Shown: positions 56,247 through 64,000 of the stretch, piece after piece
Layout of the letters: each line of letters opens with the position of its first letter
Position numbering within the stretch: position 1 is the first letter of the stretch
Virus record (IMG/VR): IMGVR_UViG_3300043640_000353
Span: 2,645 to 66,644 of that record
DNA length: 64,000 bases
Reading direction: 5' to 3' (one strand)
DNA from: a virus
Made by a program: the position numbers and the translations under genes
The notes under the pieces: generated by a model
Seen by the model: only the letters and a program-made list of their open reading frames with translations
Database searches by the model: none
Told to the model about the DNA's origin: nothing

Positions 56247-57134
56247 TTATTTTTTGGGTTGGTAATTCTTTAAAAATTTACTTTCCTTAAATCCTTTAAC
56301 ATTATAAATCTTACACATTCTGAATAAGCTTTCCTGGTTAAACTTAGGGGTTTTATCGCCATTATAAAATTCAATTTTTTGGTTTCCTTTCAAATGTTTT
56401 TTATAAAAAAGCTTTAGATCAATTAGCTGCCTATTTAGCTTGTAAATGCTTCTTAGTTGATCTTTATCAATTTTTGCAAATGGTTTATCACTTTTTAAGA
56501 ATTTTTTTATACTAGAGAATTCCTGGATTATGCCACCCGCCTTAGCTGGACCAATACCCCTTAAACCTTTTATATTATCTGAACCATCCCCTATTAGGCA
56601 TAAATAATCTACACAATTTTTAGGTTCATAGCCATATTTTACTTTAAGATTATTTTTGTGAATTAAGTTCCTGGATGCGGTATTATAAACCTTAACATTG
56701 GATCTGATTAATTGATGAAAATCTTTATCTGTTGAGATAATTGTTATTTTGTTTTCCTTTTCCTTTTGGTATTTCCTTACCAACATATATATAAAATCAT
56801 CTGCCTCCATCTTGGGAGCAAAGAGTTGTTTTAATCCCAAAGAATAAAATATTTTCATAACCTCATCCCTTTGGTTATAGAATGCCTTTGCCTCTTCCTC
56901 AGTTTTAGTTTTTCTACCCGCTTTATATCCGGGATATAATCTTAATCTTATTGGTGATCTGTCTTTATCCCAGCAAATAAAAATCTTATCGGGTTTGAAT
57001 TGATTTATAAGGGTATTAACCAATACTGGCATACCATAGATTATTGATACCGGCTTACCTAGATTTTGTAATCTGGAATAGGCATGATATGCTCTATACA
57101 TGGTATTATTACCGTCAATGATTAAAATTTTCAT
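56247..57134 (-). CDS. 5'-3' exonuclease/flap endonuclease (T5 D15 / T4 RNase H family)
   Basis: IIDGNN; EADD; STDKDFHQL; GDGSDNIKGLRGIGPAKA. Confidence 0.93.
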   Translation of the reverse strand: MKILIIDGNNTMYRAYHAYSRLQNLGKPVSIIYGMPVLVNTLINQFKPDKIFICWDKDRSPIRLRLYPGYKAGRKTKTEEEAKAFYNQRDEVMKIFYSLGLKQLFAPKMEADDFIYMLVRKYQKEKENKITIISTDKDFHQLIRSNVKVYNTASRNLIHKNNLKVKYGYEPKNCVDYLCLIGDGSDNIKGLRGIGPAKAGGIIQEFSSIKKFLKSDKPFAKIDKDQLRSIYKLNRQLIDLKLFYKKHLKGNQKIEFYNGDKTPKFNQESLFRMCKIYNVKGFKESKFLKNYQPKK

Positions 57135-57643
57135 GTTGAATATTTAAAGGTATAATTTCCTATCTTTAATTTTTTCCTGGCTGATTTACGGATTTTAGAA
57201 GCCGATATACCTAAAGCTAGGGATGCTGCTTTGGGTGACTCATAAATATTTTCTTTATTATTATGGATGTCAAATACTACCAAACCTTTTGTAGATGTTT
57301 TCAAACTTGCTTTCTCCTGCCATCTTTGTAAATATCCCCGGTAAAAAGTTAAAGCTTTTTTGGAAGACCATTTTAGGTTTGAGAAATGGTTATTGGTTTT
57401 ATTACCATCCAGGTGAATGATACAGTTGTATCTTTTAGGATCCTTATTACCTATAAAATTGTAAGCAACTAATTTATCTACCCTTTTCTCAATGGGTTTT
57501 TTATCCCTAATAAGGGAGACAAACATATAACCCGTTTTACCCAACTTTAATGGTAAGGTCATACCTTGTCTATTGGTTATTATCCCAGAAGGGGTTATAG
57601 CATAATCATTACCATAACCCCTTAAATTTTTAATCACCATCAT
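57131..57643 (-). mobile_element. Free-standing HNH homing endonuclease with C-terminal NUMOD1-like domain
   Basis: VDKLVAYNFI...HLDGNKTNNHFSNLKW; YESPKAASLALGISASKIRK. Confidence 0.85.
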
Positions 57644-58754
57644 TTTTAGCCAATTTTACCGGATAAAGATTTTTATTTAAAGCCTTTATTTGTTGTTTTG
57701 TTCTTGAAATAGTATTGATTTTGGATTTTTGTATTAACTTTTTCCTTAGCTCATTATTTGTTTTTAATGCTTCAAGGAAACTCTCTTCCCCTCTCCCAAC
57801 CATTTTATCCTCAAAATAAAATATGCTACTTCCTTTTTTCCTATTTACCACTCCCAACGAAACAAGTAATTCGGGTAATCCTGTATATTTATCAAAACCT
57901 ACATCATTAGTACTGGTTTTTCTAAAATATACCTGACCCGATGATGTTGATCTTGGTGGACCAGTTTTATCTTTTTTGGTTTTACAATAAACATTCTGAC
58001 CAACTTTGATTTCAAATCCCTTTATCTTTTTCTTTATTTGCTTACCTCTTACCAAACCCACTCTTTGGGCAGCATAGAATTTAGTGGCATCCCCCCCAAC
58101 TGTTTTATCGGGATCTTCCCATTGGGTAGCACCAATCTTTTTACGTAATTGGTTAATAAGAATTACACATACCCCCATTTTGGCAAACAGTTGATTTCTA
58201 CTACCTAAAAAATCTGATATAGCTTTGGCCCTTAATCCATATTTGGCTTTTGCATCCAACATGGATTCACCTACCTCACCAATGGTTCTTATGGTTGCCA
58301 ATGAATCAACGACCAGTAGGATTGGTTCATTATTGGTTAACCTTGACCTAGCGGCCATAATCGTATCTTGGGACCAATCCGCAATTCTCTCCATGGCATT
58401 ATCTTCCATGAGATATAAATTATCAAGGTCTATCCCATTTTTAATGAACCAAGATTTATTAAAGGCATTCTCGGCATCATCCCAAATAACTATACCCCCA
58501 AGAGCCTGGCATACGGAAGCAAAATCCATAGCGAGTAAACTCTTACCCGTGGATTCTTCCCCAAATAGTTCAAGAATTTTACCATAAGGTAATCCACCAT
58601 TTAATTGATGATTTAGGGCTATAAATCTTGTTGGTAATCTTAATACCTGATCATCGGATAGAGCTATAATTGAAGCTCTTCCTGATGATGGGTATTTCTT
58701 AGCTAATTGGGCATCTGATAGAATCTTAACTGAAGCTGATTTCTTTTTAGCCAT
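57630..58754 (-). CDS. recA: RecA/UvsX recombinase
   Basis: GGLPYGKILELFGEESTGKS; VVDSLA; INQLRKKIG; VGGDATKFYA. Confidence 0.95.
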   Translation of the reverse strand: MAKKKSASVKILSDAQLAKKYPSSGRASIIALSDDQVLRLPTRFIALNHQLNGGLPYGKILELFGEESTGKSLLAMDFASVCQALGGIVIWDDAENAFNKSWFIKNGIDLDNLYLMEDNAMERIADWSQDTIMAARSRLTNNEPILLVVDSLATIRTIGEVGESMLDAKAKYGLRAKAISDFLGSRNQLFAKMGVCVILINQLRKKIGATQWEDPDKTVGGDATKFYAAQRVGLVRGKQIKKKIKGFEIKVGQNVYCKTKKDKTGPPRSTSSGQVYFRKTSTNDVGFDKYTGLPELLVSLGVVNRKKGSSIFYFEDKMVGRGEESFLEALKTNNELRKKLIQKSKINTISRTKQQIKALNKNLYPVKLAKNDGD

Positions 58755-59476
58755 TATTTATTGGTTTTAATTTTCTTTTTAAGTTTGGTTTTATTATCCT
58801 CTTTAGATGATTTCTTTTTCTTACCCGATGTACCCAAAATCTTTTTAACCATTTCAAGGGTTTCTTCATAAGAGGGCATTACCTTTTTAACCATGGTAAT
58901 AGGGTTATGAATTTTACCTTTAAACTCTTTGGCAATGGGAGTTGGATTACATCTTAATGTGGTATACTCGGTATCATATTGTCCGGCACCAGTTCTCTTA
59001 AATTTAAGGTCGTAACCCTCTTTTGGATCGGTCATATCCCCAGCTTCATCATCCAGATATAAATCAATAACATCGGTATATTGTTGGTTGGTTAGAATTG
59101 CCAATCTTACCCCAGATTCTTTATCAATCTTTTTACCCTTTTCATCCTTATATTTATACATGGCAATAAAATACCTTTTACGTGGAGCAATATTCTTAGC
59201 CATCTCTTTATCCTCATCTTTTGGAGATTCTTTAAGTTTTAAATATGCTTTCATCAAAGCACAGGGTTCTCCAAATGTAGCCGGTGAAATAATACCGCCT
59301 ATTTCCTTGTTTATAAAAAAATAGATTGCCTCTACAGCAAATTCTTCTTCGGGTGGTGCCGGTAAAATTCTCATACGATGAGTACCTTCCTTGAAAAAGA
59401 AGAATTGCCCATTACCACCTTTTTTTGCAAGTTCTTCTTTCCTTGCTCTTAATCTTTTTTCTAATGATTTTCCCAT
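58754..59476 (-). CDS. Single-stranded DNA-binding protein (T4 gp32-like)
   Basis: RMRILPAP; TDPKEGYDLKFKRTGAGQYDTEYT. Confidence 0.8.
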   Translation of the reverse strand: MGKSLEKRLRARKEELAKKGGNGQFFFFKEGTHRMRILPAPPEEEFAVEAIYFFINKEIGGIISPATFGEPCALMKAYLKLKESPKDEDKEMAKNIAPRKRYFIAMYKYKDEKGKKIDKESGVRLAILTNQQYTDVIDLYLDDEAGDMTDPKEGYDLKFKRTGAGQYDTEYTTLRCNPTPIAKEFKGKIHNPITMVKKVMPSYEETLEMVKKILGTSGKKKKSSKEDNKTKLKKKIKTNK

Positions 59477-59652
59477 GATCTGTTATTTATTTATGTTTAT
59501 TGATTTTAATTTTCTTTAGATTTATATTCCTGTTTTTAACAAATTTCTCTGTTGGTTCCATTGTATGATAAGGTTGTTCTTTGGTAATCTCATTTACTAA
59601 TTTACCATCCTTATCATACTTCTTTATATAGGGTGTATTGTATGTTTTCATC

Positions 59653-60117
59653 TTAGTTTATTTCTTTACGTTTATTAGCTGAAAGTGTTTGGAGCATATC
59701 CTTTTTTTGTTCAAATGCCCTTACACAAGCTTCTATGCGGTTAACATCAAATTGAGCCTCATTGGTTTTTTTCTGAGCCATAAGATATTTAATGTCCAAT
59801 TCCGATTTTTGTTTAGCAAGGTCATCAGAATTAGGTCTATTAGTTTCAGAATTTATTTGGGATTTATTTTTTATATAAGCTGAGGCATAAGCTTTCTTTT
59901 CTGCCAACTTGGCATCTGCTAAACCTTTTAATAGCTGTTTGTGAAGCATGGTTAGAAATCCATAGGAAGAGGGTTGATTTAATATTTCATCCCCAACCCC
60001 CGATTCTTCAATTTTAGTTTCCCTAAAAAGGTTAAAACTAAATTTCTCTTTACCAACTAAAATGGTAATTTGCATAAGAGATGATCTCCTTGCATATTTT
60101 AATAACCTACTTTTCAT
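59653..60117 (-). CDS. Recombination mediator (UvsY-like)
   Basis: Helical; ACVRAFEQKKDMLQTLSANKRKE C-terminus; next to SSB and recA. Confidence 0.65.
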   Translation of the reverse strand: MKSRLLKYARRSSLMQITILVGKEKFSFNLFRETKIEESGVGDEILNQPSSYGFLTMLHKQLLKGLADAKLAEKKAYASAYIKNKSQINSETNRPNSDDLAKQKSELDIKYLMAQKKTNEAQFDVNRIEACVRAFEQKKDMLQTLSANKRKEIN

Positions 60118-60340
60118 CTTTGTCTGTATAATCGATTTCCCAGGATATTCCTAATTCATCGGTCTTAAATTTACCGCTATCGGCATTTATGATATGGTTC
60201 GTATATTCTTCCGGGGTAATATCTTTATAGATATATTTATCATCCGTGGTATAATTACTTAGATCCCCCTTTTTAATATGCCTAGCACAAGTTCTAGTAT
60301 ACTTATCGTGTATTAAAGCACGTATTCTATGGTTTGCCAT
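60107..60340 (-). CDS. Hypothetical protein (77 aa)
   Basis: ORF track. Confidence 0.6.
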   Translation of the reverse strand: MANHRIRALIHDKYTRTCARHIKKGDLSNYTTDDKYIYKDITPEEYTNHIINADSGKFKTDELGISWEIDYTDKDEK

Positions 60341-60346
60341 TATTTT

Positions 60347-62530
60347 TTACTTTGTGTAATCATTTTCCTTATTGTATTTCTTTAAGGATGCCCAATTATG
60401 CCCCACCTCAAAATCAACTGCCATCTTAACCTTTTTCATACTAAATCCAAACCATCTTTGGGTTTGGGGATTTTCACATATACCATTTATGATAGGAACA
60501 GCCTCATGTATAAATTTGGGTTTAATTAAAAAACCCAATGAATCATGAACTGTATAAATTTGCTCTAACCCCCATTTCTGTTTCTTATGCTTTGTGATAT
60601 ACTCATCTATAAGGATGGATGAAAAGAAAGCAAAATCTGAAGCTGTACCCTGTATTGGTGCATTAATACTTTGTCTTTCTGCCTCTGCCCTTTTTCCATT
60701 CTCAGATGAGTATATATTGGGTAACCTTCTTTTTCTACCAAAGAATGTTTTTACAAAACCATTCCTTTTTGCTTTAGCCCTTTGGGATTTCATAAATTTA
60801 CCTATATTGGGAAAGTCATGATTAAAATCATCCAGAAATTCCTGGGCTTCTTCTTGGGATACAATTATGGCTGGTGTTATTATTTCACCTTGATTATTAT
60901 ATTTAGCCGATTCAGATAAACCCAATGCCAATTTTTTGGCAGTTTGGCAATATATAATACCGAAGTTAATTGTTTTGGCTTGTTTCCTTCGTCTTTTCCA
61001 GATTTTATAATCCTTATGATTTTCATCATCTAGGATTTTCTTAGCCTTATGATAATCATAAGAATATTTTTTACAAGCAGATGCCAAGTGGATATCTTTA
61101 CCCGATGAAAACCATTCTAACATGGATTTTTCATTTGCGGCTTCTGCCATTACTCTAAGTTCAGCTTGGGAATAATCTATCTGTAATAATAAACATCCCC
61201 GGTCAGCTATAAACATTTTCTTTATCTTGGCAGCATCCTCATTATCTCCCCTAGGAATATTTTGTAGGTTAGGATCGCCACATGATAATCTTCCGGTTAC
61301 TGTGCCATGAATTTTAAAATTGGCATGTATCCTATTATCCTCTGTAACATGGGTTTTCATGCCCACCATATACGTAGAATAAAGTTTAGATAGACCTCTA
61401 TGATCAAGTAATTGAGCTAAGAATCCCTTTTTATCGTAGGGTCTTAGCATCTCAAGTGTATCTTCGTCAGTTGATGGCCTATCTGTATCCTGTTTGGTTA
61501 ATTTATTTTTGGTATATCTTACAATCGGAAATTTTAAACCATGGGGTGAGTTATAGAAAAAATCTATTAATTGGTTAGGTGATGAGAAATTAAATGGCTC
61601 CATTAATTTTCTTTCCTTTTGGTTAGTAAATTGCCCCGCCGCTAATTTACTAACTTTTTCTTCCCTCGACTTAATTAATCGGGGGGCATTTGGTTTACCC
61701 TCATCTTCTATAGTTAAAATTTCTTCTTTTACCTTTTTTATAAGGTTTTTTATTTTTACCTTAACTATCTTTTTCTCGTATTTTCTTAACTCAATATGGT
61801 TTCTCATATTCAGCTCGTTATCCTCTATTTTTATTTTGTATTGGGCAATAAGCTTATCAAGATATTTGGTATTTACCTTTATACCTTTAAATTCTGATTT
61901 GGCAAGTACATTGCTTCCTCTCATTATAAGGTTTCTAAATAATGGGTATAGTCCAGTTTTAATTAACCGGGGTTCAAAATAACACATTAATCTCAAACAT
62001 AAATCACAATCTAGAGCATTACGATCGCATAATTCTTTTAAGGGTATTCCAGCCCATCCATGTACCCTAGCTAATTGTTCTGTATCATCTTTGTAATCCT
62101 GATAATCTGGTAATAACCTAGCTACTATGGAACCCAAATCATTTGGTCTTTCCTCATCTAATAGGTATTTAGCTAACATGGCATCAAAACATCTACCTTT
62201 ATATTTAACACCATATCTCATTACCCATTTCTCCTCAAATTTAAAATTCCAGGCAATTTTAATTATTTCTGGATCCTCAAATAATTCAGTGGATATTTTC
62301 TTTAAGATTTCTGGGTATATTTTTTTAAATTTGGATTCACTATGGCCTAAAGGTATTATATAGGCACTACCTATTTGAAAGGAAATACCTATAATGGTGG
62401 GATATTCATTTTTATTAGCAAATGATCCACCGGAGGTTTCAAAATCATGTGAGCAATATTTAGTTTCCTTACACCAAGCAATTACCTGATCAATTTCCTC
62501 TAAGGTTTCAACAATTTTATAACTTGCCAT
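60347..62530 (-). CDS. polA: DNA polymerase family A with 3'-5' exonuclease domain
   Basis: Exo HDFET; TGRLSCGDPNLQNIP; motif A DYSQAELR; motif B KTINFGIIY; motif C VHDS. Confidence 0.97.
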   Translation of the reverse strand: MASYKIVETLEEIDQVIAWCKETKYCSHDFETSGGSFANKNEYPTIIGISFQIGSAYIIPLGHSESKFKKIYPEILKKISTELFEDPEIIKIAWNFKFEEKWVMRYGVKYKGRCFDAMLAKYLLDEERPNDLGSIVARLLPDYQDYKDDTEQLARVHGWAGIPLKELCDRNALDCDLCLRLMCYFEPRLIKTGLYPLFRNLIMRGSNVLAKSEFKGIKVNTKYLDKLIAQYKIKIEDNELNMRNHIELRKYEKKIVKVKIKNLIKKVKEEILTIEDEGKPNAPRLIKSREEKVSKLAAGQFTNQKERKLMEPFNFSSPNQLIDFFYNSPHGLKFPIVRYTKNKLTKQDTDRPSTDEDTLEMLRPYDKKGFLAQLLDHRGLSKLYSTYMVGMKTHVTEDNRIHANFKIHGTVTGRLSCGDPNLQNIPRGDNEDAAKIKKMFIADRGCLLLQIDYSQAELRVMAEAANEKSMLEWFSSGKDIHLASACKKYSYDYHKAKKILDDENHKDYKIWKRRRKQAKTINFGIIYCQTAKKLALGLSESAKYNNQGEIITPAIIVSQEEAQEFLDDFNHDFPNIGKFMKSQRAKAKRNGFVKTFFGRKRRLPNIYSSENGKRAEAERQSINAPIQGTASDFAFFSSILIDEYITKHKKQKWGLEQIYTVHDSLGFLIKPKFIHEAVPIINGICENPQTQRWFGFSMKKVKMAVDFEVGHNWASLKKYNKENDYTK

Positions 62531-62945
62531 ATTTTTCTATTTTGACCCCGTTAAATTCCAAATACAATAATCCTTCCTTATCCCGGAATTCTTCTTTATA
62601 TACCACCCTTAATATACCAGATTGTACTATCAATTCAGCACATTTTAAACAGGGAGAATGGGTAGTATAAAGTATTGAACCTTCTAAAGGTATTCCCTTC
62701 TTAGCGCTAAATGAGATGGCATTTGCTTCTGCATGTATGGATTTGTTACAGGGTTTTAATTTATCACAATTACATATATTACCTGATCTTTCTATTTTGG
62801 TAGGACCATTATAGCCAGATACTATAATCCTACCCTCATTGGTTATTGTACACCCAACTTGTAATCTACCGCATGGGGACCTTTTACTAAATAATTCAGC
62901 AACTTGGATGTATAGATCATCCCTGGATATCCGATTTTCACTCAT
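62517..62945 (-). CDS. dCMP deaminase
   Basis: SGYNG; HAEANAI; SPCLKC. Confidence 0.93.
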   Translation of the reverse strand: MSENRISRDDLYIQVAELFSKRSPCGRLQVGCTITNEGRIIVSGYNGPTKIERSGNICNCDKLKPCNKSIHAEANAISFSAKKGIPLEGSILYTTHSPCLKCAELIVQSGILRVVYKEEFRDKEGLLYLEFNGVKIEKYGKL

Positions 62946-63754
62946 TTTTTTTTATGACGTTTTAACATTTCGAATTCATTCTCAAAAATATGTAATGAGG
63001 TAATATGCATGGTAAATATTCCGGGTTTAACATTTTCCCAATATTTGGAACCCATAGCCAATTCATTTATTAACCATATAACCTTGCGTACCGCAAGATA
63101 TATATCATCCCTAAAATGCCTTAGATAATCACATGATCTAATATGGTAAACTATATGGAGATAGTTATCTCTACGAATAAAATGATAACCTATCGTGCAA
63201 GGTATTCTTCCCCCATGAACTGCACCTGTATCTTCGGGAAAAAATATAGGCAGATATGCCTGCCTTGTAAAAGGTTCTTTTCCTAAAAGCCTTATTAAAT
63301 CATTTAAATCGCCATATTCATATCTTATACCCTTTAATGGCTCAAGTTCATGTCCCTCAGCATAAACACCTTCTATACCCGCATATTTTGGCCAAATACG
63401 TTCCATATATGAATGGGTAAATTTCTCATCTACATTTCTCATTTCCTTATCCATTTTATAGAAAGGCCAAAGTTTATAGGTTTTACCCGGGTTTACTGGA
63501 AATCCATTTACCCTCTCTTCAAAATGCCTATCTGCCCATGGCAGATTTGGTTTTACTTGAGCCATTAATTCCGCCAGATTATTGGGCATGAAAACCTTAA
63601 AAGAAGTATTAAGTGTTTCCCTCATATCATGTTCTAAAGGTATGCCTTGCCATTTTTCTGTTCTTATTACATAGGATTCTTCAATAAGTTTTTCCCTTAC
63701 AAATTCTATGGCATCATTGAAATTGTTAAAATATTCGAGTTTCATATATAACAT
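62942..63754 (-). CDS. Thymidylate-synthase-fold enzyme with dCMP-type active site (candidate pyrimidine-modifying enzyme)
   Basis: TRQA; catalytic IPCT; RSCDYLRHFRDD (Asp at the E. coli ThyA Asn177 position, His at Gly173); SLHIF. Confidence 0.85.
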   Translation of the reverse strand: MLYMKLEYFNNFNDAIEFVREKLIEESYVIRTEKWQGIPLEHDMRETLNTSFKVFMPNNLAELMAQVKPNLPWADRHFEERVNGFPVNPGKTYKLWPFYKMDKEMRNVDEKFTHSYMERIWPKYAGIEGVYAEGHELEPLKGIRYEYGDLNDLIRLLGKEPFTRQAYLPIFFPEDTGAVHGGRIPCTIGYHFIRRDNYLHIVYHIRSCDYLRHFRDDIYLAVRKVIWLINELAMGSKYWENVKPGIFTMHITSLHIFENEFEMLKRHKKK

Positions 63755-63762
63755 TATATAGT

Positions 63763-64000
63763 TTACATTTTAACCTTGTTTTTATTCCCAACTGATCTTT
63801 CCCAATAAAAACCCTTGGCCGTTATTCGTTGATGTTTTTTACTTGCCGTTTTAGTTTTCCTTAAGCACTTGCTTATATTTGACCCTCCAATATTTATACC
63901 AATTTTGGATAATTCTCTTACAGCATGAGCCGTGCTTAAGAAATTTAAGGATTCACCAGTAATTATGTTGGTAGCTTTTATGGGTATGGCATTATGTACA
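63763..64000 (-). mobile_element. C-terminal fragment of a probable homing endonuclease (NUMOD1/IENR1 domain); gene starts beyond the window
   Basis: Translated by hand: ...IKATNIITGESLNFLSTAHAVRELSKIGINIGGSNISKCLRKTK...TAKGFYWERSV..., stop at 63763. Confidence 0.65.

Noticed and set aside
1-64000. tRNA genes, stop-codon reassignment, inteins or introns in polA, terL or recA
   Set aside because: No T-loop/cloverleaf seen by eye; core genes are full length under the standard code, with no intein or intron signatures

Overview
A 64-kb segment of a large, AT-rich (about one-third GC by eye) lytic myovirus genome. The host is almost certainly Bacteroidota: the early region carries repeated TTTG-N18/19-TAnnTTTG promoters and A-rich leaders without Shine-Dalgarno sequences. 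Layout: (1) 1-27.3 kb, minus strand: virion/lysis module with tail-fibre and baseplate genes, spike, hub, tape measure, tail chaperone with a -1 slippery site, tube, sheath, neck, major capsid, decoration protein, protease/scaffold, portal, TerL, amidase endolysin and a divergent C5 methyltransferase. (2) 27.4-30.7 kb, plus strand: thyX and small genes. (3) 30.7-32.3 kb: convergent junction with an 85-bp direct repeat, a GGCC-dense non-coding tract and a G-quadruplex motif. (4) 32.3-50.5 kb, minus strand: small early genes behind duplicated promoter cassettes. (5) 50.6-64 kb, minus strand: sigma-r4-like protein, NusG paralogue, resolvase, SbcCD, P-loop kinase, flap exonuclease, HNH, RecA, SSB, UvsY-like protein, PolA, dCMP deaminase and a ThyA-fold enzyme with dCMP-type active-site residues. 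Best leads: a possible non-canonical cytosine-modification pathway (ThyA-fold Asp177/His173 alongside ThyX); a phage NusG plus sigma-like transcription pair; a domain shared by sheath and head decoration protein with 41 bp of exact DNA identity; a second exact 41-bp copy that creates a mini-gene; and the structured junction. All calls are from motif recognition by eye, with no database searches. No tRNA or CRISPR array was seen.
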